Shown piece after piece: positions 48,644 through 58,328 of a stretch of DNA of 64,000 nucleotides (within the stretch, counting starts at the first letter, position 1; each line of letters begins with the position of its first letter). The notes below the pieces were generated by a model. The model saw only the letters and a program-made list of their open reading frames with translations, was not told the DNA's origin and did not search any database. Origin of the DNA: Pirellulales bacterium (GTDB lineage: Bacteria > Planctomycetota > Planctomycetia > Pirellulales > JAEUIK01); NCBI GenBank assembly GCA_019745975.1, contig JAIESQ010000011.1:8433-72432 (forward strand), read 5' to 3'. Made by a program: the position numbers and the translations under genes.

Positions 48644-49447
48644 TCACGACTTCGCAGGCTCTTTCGACCGCAGCGCCACGTGCACCCGTGCCACGGCGTG
48701 CATGTAGCCGGGCAGGGCGTAGTCGACTGCCGCCCGCCGGATATGTGCGAGCGACTCCTTGGCGCGGCCAGCCGCTTCGTGCCAGAGCCCCAGATACAAC
48801 TGGGCGTAGAAGAGCCGCTTGCGCAGCTCGCTATCGGTGGGGTTGCCAGCCCGGGCGGACGCGAGCACTTTGTCGGGCGTGGCGCGGCCCGCGAATAACT
48901 CGTAGACCTCGTGCATGGGGATGCGCGGATCGGCGCCGACCTCGAGCAGCGTTTCGCGTGCTTTTTCAACGCCATCTTGCCGGGCGACGCAGAGATAGCG
49001 CCAGGTGACGTTCTCGACGTCGGCCGAATCGACGGTTTGGTACGCTTCGAACTGCTTCGCGCCGGCATCGAACTGGCCGGCGTAATAGCAAGCGATGCCG
49101 CGCTGCCAATGCCCTGGCCCGCGGCGCGGCTCGAGCTTGATCGCTTCGTCGAAATCAGCGAGCGCCTCGGCGATGTGCCCCAACTGCAGGTGGGCGTTGC
49201 CGCGGCGATCGAGGGCGGCGGCCCGGGCGGCGCTGTTGTCGTTCACGGCAGGCATCGCCAGCCGCGCATCGCACTCGGCAACTTCGGCTTCGAGCTCGGC
49301 GGTCTCGGCTTTGTCGGCCGCCGCGACCACTTCGGGCGCGAGCTTCGCGCTGGCGTCATCGGCGTGGGCGTGATTGGCGATCACTGCAACGCCGGTCAAC
49401 AACAGGCCAATCGTCAGCGGAGTTTTCCGTCGAATTGGGGAAAGCAT
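48644..49447 (-). CDS. Secreted TPR protein (NlpI-like)
   Basis: Signal peptide; RG...A.ADFD TPR, WQRGI..YY, FYAQLYLGL. Confidence 0.8.
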   Translation of the reverse strand: MLSPIRRKTPLTIGLLLTGVAVIANHAHADDASAKLAPEVVAAADKAETAELEAEVAECDARLAMPAVNDNSAARAAALDRRGNAHLQLGHIAEALADFDEAIKLEPRRGPGHWQRGIACYYAGQFDAGAKQFEAYQTVDSADVENVTWRYLCVARQDGVEKARETLLEVGADPRIPMHEVYELFAGRATPDKVLASARAGNPTDSELRKRLFYAQLYLGLWHEAAGRAKESLAHIRRAAVDYALPGYMHAVARVHVALRSKEPAKS

Positions 49448-49749
49448 GGGAACCGCGATTTCTTTTGAACCTCAAGAACAATCCGCGCGCCAGTGACCGT
49501 CACGATACTCGCACGCCGAGACCCACGGAAGGTCGCGGCGGAGCGGAGCTTGGCGGCGTCACTGCTCGCGACTTTCCGGTGGGCTTGGAAAATGTCGCGT
49601 TGCTTGTGTCGCGCCGCGCGAGGGTCTATTCTCGCAGACGCAAATCCTGATCCCCAACCCCTGACCCCTGTGATTCCTGGCTTGGACCTGCAAGCAGTCC
49701 AAGCAGACCCGCAAGGGGGGAGGGGAACCAGAACTCCGGAGCCCCTGCC

Positions 49750-50769
49750 ATGTCCGATCACAGTTGTTCGACGCTGTGGATTTTCGCCCTCGTTGGATTG
49801 GCTCTCGGGGGGCCGCTGGCCGCGGCACTACGGGCCGAGGATCCGCCCAAGCCGATCCGGGTCGGCATGATCGGGCTCGACACCTCGCACGTGATCGCCT
49901 TCACCAAGACGTTGAACCGCGACAACGCCGGAACCGACATGGCGGGCATCACCGTGGTGGCGGCCTACCCCGGTGGCAGCCCCGACGTGGCGTCGAGCCG
50001 CGACCGCGTCGAGGGCTTCACCAAGGAGATGCGCGAGATGGGGGTCGAGATCGTCGATTCGATCGAAGCCCTGCTGCCGAAGGTCGACGCCGTGATGCTC
50101 GAGAGCGTGGACGGCCGCCCGCACTTGAAGCAGGCCGAGCCGGTGCTGCGCGCCGGCAAGCCGCTGTTCATCGACAAGCCCTTGGCCGGCTCGCTGGCTG
50201 ACGCGATCGAAATCTTCCGCCTGGCCGAGCAGTACAAGTGCCCGGCCTTTTCGTCGAGCTCGTTGCGGTTCAGCCCTGGCATTATCAGCATGAAGGACGA
50301 CGAGCGCTTGGGAGGCGTCGTCGGCTGCATGGTCTACAGCCCTTGTTCGCTCGAGGAGCATCATCCTGACTTGTTCTGGTACGGCGTACACGGCGTGGAG
50401 ATGCTGTACACGATCATGGGGACCGGCTGCCGCGAGGTGACGCGCGTCCACACCGACGGCTGCGACGTGGCGACGGGCGTGTGGAGCGACGGCCGCGTGG
50501 CGACGTACCGCGGCATTCGCGATGGCAAGACGGAGTACGGCGCGGTGGTGTTCGGCAAGAAGGGGATCGCGCCGAGCGGGTCGTATGCCGGCTACGAGCC
50601 GCTGGTGGTCGAAGTCGCGCGGTTCTTCCGCACTTTGAAGCCGCCGGTGAGCGCGGCCGAAACGATCGAGATGTTCGCCTTCATGGAAGCGGCCGACGAG
50701 AGCAAGCGCCAAGGTGGCAAGCCGGTGACGATCGAGAGCGTGATGGCGAAGGCAAAGGGGGGGAAGTAG
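49750..50769 (+). CDS. Gfo/Idh/MocA oxidoreductase
   Basis: IGLDTSH, ESVDGRPH, FIDKP, WYGVH. Confidence 0.9.
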   Translation: MSDHSCSTLWIFALVGLALGGPLAAALRAEDPPKPIRVGMIGLDTSHVIAFTKTLNRDNAGTDMAGITVVAAYPGGSPDVASSRDRVEGFTKEMREMGVEIVDSIEALLPKVDAVMLESVDGRPHLKQAEPVLRAGKPLFIDKPLAGSLADAIEIFRLAEQYKCPAFSSSSLRFSPGIISMKDDERLGGVVGCMVYSPCSLEEHHPDLFWYGVHGVEMLYTIMGTGCREVTRVHTDGCDVATGVWSDGRVATYRGIRDGKTEYGAVVFGKKGIAPSGSYAGYEPLVVEVARFFRTLKPPVSAAETIEMFAFMEAADESKRQGGKPVTIESVMAKAKGGK

Positions 50770-50963
50770 GGTTTTCTCAGGCGCGAGCGCGCTACGCATT
50801 TCGAGCCATACACCGCAATACACAGCGGCTCGGGTCGACTCAGCGTAAGAAGTCGCCTTGGTCCGATTGCCCTGATCGGTCGGCAGTTTAAGATACGTAA
50901 TGGGCGCAATCGGCCGACGCTACTTGCTCGCGGGCACCCCCTGTCACGCATTGGTTCGATACG

Positions 50964-53108
50964 TTGGTAGACCAGTTGTCTGCAGCTCGACGATGGACCG
51001 ATAGCCGCTGGCTTGCGAAAGTCGCCGCGGCCTTGGCAACCGTGCTGGTCGTCGGGGTTCTGGCTGTGGTTTATGGCCTGCTCCGAGGCTTTTCTCCCCT
51101 GGACGTTCTCGTCTGGAATCCTTCGTCCGGTCGAGACATGGTCATCGTGATGACGGTCATCCTGTCGGCGCCGTTGTGGTTTTTTGCTCCGGGCGAAGGA
51201 CGAAAGTCGTGTTCCATCGGGAATACGCTCCGCTGGATTTTGGTTTTGGCCGCGGTCAATTCGACTGCGCTGATTGCGATCCGCCTCGTCAAGCAACCGC
51301 TCGTAAATCCGTTCATTACCGCTAGTCGAGATACGCTGGTAGTCTCGGACTGGATGTGGTGGATCGTGCCCGCGAGTCAGGTTTGCGGTTTGCTGCTGCT
51401 GGCGCTCTACACGCTGGGAGTCGGCCGAATCTTCACGGGGATCGCGGTTGGACGCGCGCTGTTATTTATCGTTCTGCTGGCGACGTGCTTCGACGTCGTT
51501 CCCTTGATCGCGAACGGCAAGCTCGAGGGGGTTGCCGAATTGTTGCTGATATTCGGCTTGGTTGCTGCCGGCTTGCGTAGCCGGTGGTTGCTGTCGCGTT
51601 TCGAAACTCGGCCGAAGCCATGGCTGGTGGCGATCGCACTGGCGATCTTGATCGGTTTGCCAGCCGGCTACTGGGCGGTTCAGGTGCTTGGTCGTACGAC
51701 ACCCTCGCCAGTTGCTGCACGTCCGAACATCCTGCTGATCACGCTCGATACGGTTCGCAAGCAGAACCTGAGCTTGTATGGGTATTCGAGGCAAACCACG
51801 CCGCAGCTCGAGCGGTTCGCCAAGCGCGGAGTTGTCTACACGAATGCCATCGCGCCATCGTCGTGGACCTTGCCGACGCATGCGAGCATCTTTACCAGCT
51901 TGTTGCCGCTGGAGCACGGCGCCGAACAGGTCGGGCTGGGACTGCAACCGCATGCGCGGACGCTGGCCGAATCGCTGCGGGAGAGCGGTTACGCGACTGC
52001 GGGATTTGTCGCTAACGACATGTGCGGCAAGCACACCGGTCTTGCGCAAGGATTCCAATACTATGATGAACTGAAGCCGTGGTGGTGCGGCTCCATCGTC
52101 ACGGCTGCAACGGCGCAGTTCCTCGGAGGGGTGCCACGCCGAACGGCCGCGGACATCAATCGCTCGTTCCTGAAATGGCTTGACCGCCAACGAGGCCAAC
52201 CGTTCTTTGCGTTTCTCAACTATTACGATGCGCACGGCATATACGAGGTTCCCGATCCCAGCTTTGACCGGTTTTCGACGGCAACACGCCGTGAGCGCCG
52301 CAAGCTAAAAACGAAATGGTCGATCGCGGACGTGCCGTTCCGACCGGACGATCCCAGCGAGCGGCAATACGCCATCGACAGCTACGACGGCGCCATCGCG
52401 TATCTCGATGACCAGCTAGGTCGATTGTTCGACGCCCTGCAGCGCCAAGGCCTGTTGGACAACACGATCGTTGTCGTTACCAACGATCACGGCGAACACT
52501 TCGGCGAAAATGGGAAATGGGAACACAGCGACAGCTTGTATCGACAATTGATTGACGCGCCGCTAATTATCGTTTATCCGCCGAAGATCGCGGCAGACGC
52601 GGTAGTCGAGCAGCCCGTCACGCTGACGCAGATTCCGGCGACGCTCGTTGAGCTGGTGGGCCTGGAAAAAGAGACCGCCTTTCGCGGTGCATCGCTCCCG
52701 ACGGCAGCGCCGCTTGCCGGCGGCGCGGTGGCAACCGTCCAACTCGACTTGATCTTTTCGGAGACCTGCCCGAACCAGGAGGACCGATCTGAAGACCGGC
52801 TGTGTTCCATTGTCGCCAATGGCTGGCATTACATTCGTCGCTGCAGCGATGGCGACGAAGAGCTCTACGACTATCGAGCAGATCCTCTCGAGTCGCACAA
52901 CCTGGCCGACGAGCCAAGGTTTCAAGACAACCTGACGTCGCTGCGCGGACTGCTGCTGCAAAACTATCCGGGGCGAGGGTCCGACCCGACGACCTCCGCG
53001 CAGGTGGTGGCGCCACGACAACACGTACCTGCATGGGTTGCTTGCCGCTGTGGGTGCTGCCGGCCACCAGGGGCGCTGGGGCTGTTTCTCTATCGGCTCG
53101 GCCCGTAG
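50964..53108 (+). CDS. Membrane-anchored sulfatase/alkaline-phosphatase superfamily protein
   Basis: About 7 N-terminal TM helices; PNILLITLDT, WTLPTHAS, DHGE, H.DSLY; start uncertain. Confidence 0.82.
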   Translation: MVDQLSAARRWTDSRWLAKVAAALATVLVVGVLAVVYGLLRGFSPLDVLVWNPSSGRDMVIVMTVILSAPLWFFAPGEGRKSCSIGNTLRWILVLAAVNSTALIAIRLVKQPLVNPFITASRDTLVVSDWMWWIVPASQVCGLLLLALYTLGVGRIFTGIAVGRALLFIVLLATCFDVVPLIANGKLEGVAELLLIFGLVAAGLRSRWLLSRFETRPKPWLVAIALAILIGLPAGYWAVQVLGRTTPSPVAARPNILLITLDTVRKQNLSLYGYSRQTTPQLERFAKRGVVYTNAIAPSSWTLPTHASIFTSLLPLEHGAEQVGLGLQPHARTLAESLRESGYATAGFVANDMCGKHTGLAQGFQYYDELKPWWCGSIVTAATAQFLGGVPRRTAADINRSFLKWLDRQRGQPFFAFLNYYDAHGIYEVPDPSFDRFSTATRRERRKLKTKWSIADVPFRPDDPSERQYAIDSYDGAIAYLDDQLGRLFDALQRQGLLDNTIVVVTNDHGEHFGENGKWEHSDSLYRQLIDAPLIIVYPPKIAADAVVEQPVTLTQIPATLVELVGLEKETAFRGASLPTAAPLAGGAVATVQLDLIFSETCPNQEDRSEDRLCSIVANGWHYIRRCSDGDEELYDYRADPLESHNLADEPRFQDNLTSLRGLLLQNYPGRGSDPTTSAQVVAPRQHVPAWVACRCGCCRPPGALGLFLYRLGP

Positions 53109-53125
53109 CTGGAAGGAGCAATTAC

Positions 53126-53365
53126 ATGACGTATCCGTTTCCACCGGACGTGCAGCAACTCGTGCGCGAGCAAATGGCGCTGGGGAGTTTCTCGTCCGAA
53201 GACGAGTTGTTGCGCGCGGCGCTCCACGCTTTGGAAGAGCAGCGTCAAGCGATCGTGTACGACGATCCGGAGACGTTGGCAGGCATTCGTCGTGGTCTGG
53301 AAGAAATGAAAGCGGGGCTGGGTCGACCGTTCGAGGAATTCGACGCCGAGTTCCACGCCAAGTGA
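53126..53365 (+). CDS. ParD-like ribbon-helix-helix antitoxin (orphan)
   Basis: G.F.SEDELLRAAL..L...IRRGL.EM.AG.G pattern; AAGGAG RBS. Confidence 0.7.
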   Translation: MTYPFPPDVQQLVREQMALGSFSSEDELLRAALHALEEQRQAIVYDDPETLAGIRRGLEEMKAGLGRPFEEFDAEFHAK

Positions 53366-53377
53366 TTCATCGCGCGA

Positions 53378-53496
53378 GCTAGCGCGCGAAGCAAATTCGA
53401 CTCGACTGAGCTCGCCGAAGTCCACGGCTAACAAGAGTATTTCTCGCGCTCAGCCAGCTACTTCGCAATCTTTGCGTTCTTCGCGTGCTCTGCGGT
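53378..53496. repeat. Interrupted family A REP followed by 9-bp tandem repeat
   Basis: GCTAGCGCGCG...CCACGGCTAAC; then CTTCGCAAT CTTTGCGTT CTTCGCGTG CTCTGCGGT (53461-53496). Confidence 0.65.
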
Positions 53497-53507
53497 GAAT
53501 CCTCTTT

Positions 53508-54938
53508 CTACAGCCGGTAGTACACGTCCATCACCTGCTTGAGCATGTCGTGGACGATCGAGCGGTCGGGGATCGCGGCCGCCATGCCGTAGATCGGGGC
53601 CATGCCCCCTTCGATGTTCGGCGTGTCGCGCACGAAGGCCACTGCTTCGCCCAGGTCTTGGACAAATCGCTCGGCCACGCCCGGCTGAGTTTGCCGCAAC
53701 GTGGGGCTGACGTGGATGCCGGCCGGATGCTGCAAGCCGGTCAGGGCCCAGCCGCGGGCCGACATCTGATCGAGCACCTGGTACATGTCGAGCGACGCCG
53801 AACCGATCGCGAAGGGCCCCAGCGAGTTGCCCAAGAGGTGCAGCTCGGGGATGCCGGCGATGCCTTGCTTCATCGCGTCGACGGCCGCCAGAATGCGGCG
53901 CGTCGCTTCGAGGTAGCCTTGCTCGCCGATCGAGACCAGGGCCGCCCAGCAGGCCGCGCTCAAGCCGCCAGGGCGGCTGCCGGAGAAGGTCGGCGAATAG
54001 TACAAGCCGCCAGGCCAGTCCGACGTGGTGAAGTACTGGAAGTGCCGCAGCTCCTGGCCGCGGTACAGCACGACTGAGGTGCCCTTGGGGGCGTAACCGT
54101 ACTTGTGGGTGTCGCAAGACATCGAAGTGACACCCGGCACGCGGAAGTCGAACGGCGGCACGTCGCGCCCCAGCTTTTCGGCCCAGGGCAAGAAGTACCC
54201 ACCCAGGCAGCCGTCGATGTGCAGCAAGAGCCCGTGCTGTTGGGCCAATTCGCCGAGCTGGTCGATGGGGTCGATCGTGCCGTAGGGGAAGTTCACGGCC
54301 GAACCGACCAGCGCGATTGTGTTGGGGCCGATCGCGTCGGCCACGGCATTCACATCGACGCGCAGCGCGTCGTCGAGCGGCACGATCTTGAGTCCCATGC
54401 GGAAGTACTGCGCCGCTTTGTGGAACGCCGCGTGCGCCGAGATGGGTACCACGATCTCACCATCGCGGATGCCACGCTTGGCCTCGGCCCAGTCGCGGGC
54501 CGTCTTCATCGCCAACAAAATGCTCTCTGACCCGCCCGAGGTGACCGAGCCACAGATGCCCTCGGGCGTGCCGAAGGGCGCGGTGGTGCGATCGGCCCCC
54601 AGCATGTTGGCCGTCATGGCGACGATCTCGGCCTCGAACTTAGCGGCGCTGGGCCAAAGATCGGAGTGCAACTGATTGGCCTGCGATTGCAGGGCGTAGG
54701 CTTCGGTGACGAACTTCACGTGTTCGTCATCGCCGTGATAGACCGAGCCGGAGGCGTAACCCTGCTTCCAGCGTCCCTCTTCGATGGCGCGCAGCTCGGC
54801 CAGCTCGGCGAGCACTTCGGCGCGCGGGCGACCGGCCGCGGGCAGCTTGCGATTGGCCGGGAAGCGCTCGCGGTACGGGTGCATCATCTGATCGATGGGG
54901 GCCAACAGGCCCAGCTCTTCTTCAACTTCGTGCGACAC
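53508..54938 (-). CDS. Sphingosine-1-phosphate lyase-like PLP-dependent aldolase (group II decarboxylase fold)
   Basis: SGSVYHG, TSGGSESI, HIDGCLGG, SCDTHKYGYAPKG, W.GGLY.SPT..GSRPG. Confidence 0.85.
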   Translation of the reverse strand: MSHEVEEELGLLAPIDQMMHPYRERFPANRKLPAAGRPRAEVLAELAELRAIEEGRWKQGYASGSVYHGDDEHVKFVTEAYALQSQANQLHSDLWPSAAKFEAEIVAMTANMLGADRTTAPFGTPEGICGSVTSGGSESILLAMKTARDWAEAKRGIRDGEIVVPISAHAAFHKAAQYFRMGLKIVPLDDALRVDVNAVADAIGPNTIALVGSAVNFPYGTIDPIDQLGELAQQHGLLLHIDGCLGGYFLPWAEKLGRDVPPFDFRVPGVTSMSCDTHKYGYAPKGTSVVLYRGQELRHFQYFTTSDWPGGLYYSPTFSGSRPGGLSAACWAALVSIGEQGYLEATRRILAAVDAMKQGIAGIPELHLLGNSLGPFAIGSASLDMYQVLDQMSARGWALTGLQHPAGIHVSPTLRQTQPGVAERFVQDLGEAVAFVRDTPNIEGGMAPIYGMAAAIPDRSIVHDMLKQVMDVYYRL

Positions 54939-54984
54939 GTGAGGTTCCTCGTCGTGGTCTGGATGCGATGTATTTGGTGGAATT

Positions 54985-56583
54985 CTAGCGATGGCCGTCG
55001 ACTGGCCTGTTGTTCATCTGACGGAACAGTTTGCGGTTGGCGCGGTAGGCCGCCAGAAAGTTCCGGTAGGACTGCTCGTAAATTGCGCGATTCGTGGCAC
55101 TTGGCAGGTAGGTGTTGGCAAACTCCACGCGGCGCGGGATCTCTTCGACCGGCAGTTTCTCGAGTGCCACCAGGGCCGCCAGCGCCGCGCCGCGGGCGAT
55201 GGCGACCTGCGGATCGGCTACTTGGCGGATCGGGCAGTCGAATACGTCGGCCAGTATCTGGCACCACACCGGGCTGCGCGCGCCACCACCGATGAAGTTC
55301 AGCGAGGCGAACCGTCGGCCGCAAAACGCTTGCACGCTATCGCGCAACCAACGCAGATTGTAGGCCACGCCTTCGAAGATCGCACGCGCAGCCTGGGCGC
55401 GCCCCGTGGGAAGCGACTGATTCAGAAATCCGCCGCGCAGGGCGCTGTCGCCTGAAGGGGGTCCGCCACCGTTCAGCCAAGGAAGGAACAACAGCCCTTC
55501 GCTGCCGGCGGGCACCGTGGCGGCCAGGCGCTCGAGCCGCTCGAAGGCGTCGGCCGGCCGCTGGCCGATTGCGATATCGTCTTCGGGGTAGAGCCAATTG
55601 TCGAGAAACACTTCGACGCACTTGCCCGCAGGGCCGAGCTCGGCCATCACCATGTTGCGCCCTGGCAAGGCCGAGGGCATGGTCGCCAGGTAACGCGACA
55701 GATCGGTCTTGCGGAATGGCACAAAGCAGGTCAGCCAGCTCGACGTGCCCACGCAGACGTGCGCGTCGAAGTCGTCGACCGTGCCGGCGCCGAGCGCGGC
55801 CGCCTGGCTATCCCCCAGGCTGGCGACCACTTTGACTTGCGGGCTCAGTCCCCAGGCGGTGGCCACCTCGGACAGAAGTGTGCCGACCGTAGCGCCAGCC
55901 GGCACGAGATCGGGTAGCTTCTCGCGCGGGATGCCCGACCAGGCCAACAGCCGCGGCGCGTAATCGATGTTGGGATTGTGACGGTTGTTCGTCAGCAGAT
56001 ACGGATAGATCGAAGCATGCGAAGCGGCAAAGCGGCCTGTGAGTCGCAGGTTGAGATAGTCGGCCGGCTCGAGGAACTTATGCGTCTGGAGATAGATGTC
56101 GGGCCGCTCGTGCTTGAGGAAAAGCATGTGGGCCAGCGCGTCGGCACCCGAGTGTGTCGGAGCGCCACCGGTGTACCACATCCAGCCCAGCAGTCGCGTC
56201 AGTCCGTAGTCTTGAATCTTGATCAGCCCCCGAGTGATGTCTCGCGTGTAGGGGGCGCCGCGGCGATCGGTCCAGTGAACGGCGCGCGACAGGGCCCGAC
56301 CATCCGCGGCGACTGGCACGGTGACCGACCACTGGCCCGTACAAGCGATGGCGACGACCCGGTCGAGCGGCACCGGGCGCGGGTCGAGAATCTGTCGCGC
56401 GAGCCGATCGAAGCTGCCCCACCACGCGTCGGGATCTTGCTCGGCGCCACCGTCGGGCAGATAGTGCGTGGCAATGCGAGCGGAGGCGTGCGCCACGACC
56501 CGGCCCGAGTCGGCCACGAGGGCGACCTTGGGGCCACCGCTCCCCAGGTCGATCACCAAAACGTACGAGCTTTCGCGCGTCAT
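54985..56583 (-). CDS. FGGY-family carbohydrate kinase (xylulokinase-like)
   Basis: IDLGSGG.K, W.D.R, GDSQAA, GTSSW, LPWLNG, EGVA, GGGA.S. Confidence 0.9.
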   Translation of the reverse strand: MTRESSYVLVIDLGSGGPKVALVADSGRVVAHASARIATHYLPDGGAEQDPDAWWGSFDRLARQILDPRPVPLDRVVAIACTGQWSVTVPVAADGRALSRAVHWTDRRGAPYTRDITRGLIKIQDYGLTRLLGWMWYTGGAPTHSGADALAHMLFLKHERPDIYLQTHKFLEPADYLNLRLTGRFAASHASIYPYLLTNNRHNPNIDYAPRLLAWSGIPREKLPDLVPAGATVGTLLSEVATAWGLSPQVKVVASLGDSQAAALGAGTVDDFDAHVCVGTSSWLTCFVPFRKTDLSRYLATMPSALPGRNMVMAELGPAGKCVEVFLDNWLYPEDDIAIGQRPADAFERLERLAATVPAGSEGLLFLPWLNGGGPPSGDSALRGGFLNQSLPTGRAQAARAIFEGVAYNLRWLRDSVQAFCGRRFASLNFIGGGARSPVWCQILADVFDCPIRQVADPQVAIARGAALAALVALEKLPVEEIPRRVEFANTYLPSATNRAIYEQSYRNFLAAYRANRKLFRQMNNRPVDGHR

Positions 56584-56721
56584 GCACCGGAGCGTAGTTC
56601 CGCTGGGCAGAGTCGGCAACCCGACAGTCGGCCGCTGGCTGGAATAACTTGCCGCTTGTCAGGTTGGCACCGCGCGCGAGAATAACGGCGGCGCGCGTGG
56701 CATTGGGGTCAGGAAATCTTG

Positions 56722-57426
56722 ATGGGCGAAGCTCCCAAAGCGGTGGTGCTGGTAAGCGGTGGCCTCGATTCGGCTACGGCGCTGGCAATCGCGCAGGCCG
56801 AGGGTTTCGCGACCTACGCGATCACGTTTCGCTACGGGCAGCGGCACGCCATCGAGGTGGCGGCCGCCCGGCGTGTCGCCGAGCGGCAAGGCGCGGCTGG
56901 GCACGCAGTGGTCGATATCGACTTACGGCAATTTGGCGGTTCGGCCCTGACCGCCGACCTGGCGGTGCCCAAGGGACGCGACGCCGCGAGCATGGCCGAG
57001 GGAATCCCGATCACCTATGTGCCGGCGCGGAATACCATCTTTCTTTCCTTCGCGCTGGCCTGGGCCGAAGTGCTGGGGTCGACTGACGTTTTTCTGGGGG
57101 TCAACGCGATCGACTACAGCGGCTACCCCGATTGCCGACCCGAGTACCTGGCCGCCTATGAGCGGATGGCGAACCTTGCCACGCGGGCGGGGGTGGAACA
57201 AGGTGCGCGGCTCAAGATTCACGCGCCGCTAGTGTCGCTCACGAAAGCCGCGATCATTCGCCGCGGCGTCGAATTGGGCGTCGACTACTCGTTAACGACC
57301 AGTTGCTACGACCCCGCGCCAGAGAGCGGCGCGGCGTGCGGCCAGTGCGACTCGTGCCAACTGCGATTGCGCGGCTTTGCCGAGGCCGGCCTCGTCGATC
57401 CGGCGCGTTACATCTCAGGCGCTTGA
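56722..57426 (+). CDS. queC: 7-cyano-7-deazaguanine synthase
   Basis: SGGLDS, YGQRH, TYVPARN, YPDCR, CY...CGQCDSC. Confidence 0.96.
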   Translation: MGEAPKAVVLVSGGLDSATALAIAQAEGFATYAITFRYGQRHAIEVAAARRVAERQGAAGHAVVDIDLRQFGGSALTADLAVPKGRDAASMAEGIPITYVPARNTIFLSFALAWAEVLGSTDVFLGVNAIDYSGYPDCRPEYLAAYERMANLATRAGVEQGARLKIHAPLVSLTKAAIIRRGVELGVDYSLTTSCYDPAPESGAACGQCDSCQLRLRGFAEAGLVDPARYISGA

Positions 57427-57451
57427 TGCACCTGTGTGTCGGGCAGCTCCC

Positions 57452-57549
57452 TGTGCGCCCCAACTTCCTCGGGGTTCGATCCTCGAACTCATCGAGGACC
57501 AAGCCGCTCGGCACGCTGCTCGTTGTGCGCCCCAACTTCCTCGGGGTTC
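57452..57549. repeat. Two identical 26-bp direct repeats, 46-bp spacer
   Basis: TGTGCGCCCCAACTTCCTCGGGGTTC at 57452 and 57524. Confidence 0.85.
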
Positions 57550-57553
57550 AATA

Positions 57554-57877
57554 TCAAAACACGTCGAGAATGAAGTGGTGGCCCGAATGGAAGCGGCGCC
57601 GTTGCGGGTAGTAGTTCTGCCAGGCCTTGTTGTAGACCGGCACGCGCATCTCGGGCGGATAGCGGTAGTACAAGCTCTCCGCGCTGCGATAGTAGTCGGG
57701 GCCCCAGAAGTTCTGCGGATAGTAGATGTATGGATAGTGGTAGAAGCGTTCCCAATCGGTGCTGTTGTACGAGTGGCCCCACTGGCGACCGTAGGCCTGT
57801 TGGGCCGCGGCATCGCTGGGCGCCAGGGCCATCGCGCCTAGCGCACAAGCGATCGCGAGAACGGTCCGGCGAAGCAT
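57554..57877 (-). CDS. Small secreted Tyr-rich protein
   Basis: Signal peptide ending AAA; GGGGAG RBS; YHYPYIYYPQNF, HHFILDVF C-terminus. Confidence 0.8.
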   Translation of the reverse strand: MLRRTVLAIACALGAMALAPSDAAAQQAYGRQWGHSYNSTDWERFYHYPYIYYPQNFWGPDYYRSAESLYYRYPPEMRVPVYNKAWQNYYPQRRRFHSGHHFILDVF

Positions 57878-58328
57878 GTGAGTTCTCCCCTCTCGGCGGG
57901 TCAATCGGCGTGGCCAACGGGCGGGTCGCGGCGAGTAGCAGGGCGCTCACTGCCGCCGCGTGGTATGGGTCGGTACCCTATGAATCGACCGGCACAGCGG
58001 GAATATCCGCTACGTTTGGCAGGGCCGGCAGATTTTGCCCAAACGCCGAAGACCTCCAGGCGGACAGCTATTCTGAAAGGTCCGGGAATTTGCGTCCCGA
58101 CCGTCCCGGACGCGAGTTCCTCGATGCTAAGTCATTTCTGGGTTAAGTGTTGCGTCGGGACGCAGGCCGCAAAGGCCCGCGTCCCGCTTGCGTCCCGAAG
58201 GGCGTTTTGCGTCCCGGGTAAGTAGTGGGAGCTGCGGCTCGGGCCGCGTACAGGTCACCCGCCAACAGGATCGCGAGATCGCAAACCGCCAGCACCCCGA
58301 TCCGCGTTGGGTCCGAAAGGCTGCGACT

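Noticed and set aside
50880-50910. dif site (GTTTAAGATAC resembles a XerD arm)
   Set aside because: No matching XerC arm at the 6-bp spacing.
56722-57426. QueC as part of a defence or DNA-modification system (QatC, Dpd, CBASS IV)
   Set aside because: Canonical length and motifs, with no defence or TGT-like neighbours.
57452-57549. CRISPR array
   Set aside because: Only two repeats, no leader, no cas genes in the window.
58085-58220. c-di-GMP-I riboswitch (GGGACGCAAA on minus strand)
   Set aside because: The GGCAAACC-GAAA P2 element and P1/P3 context are missing; the motif is simply repeated.
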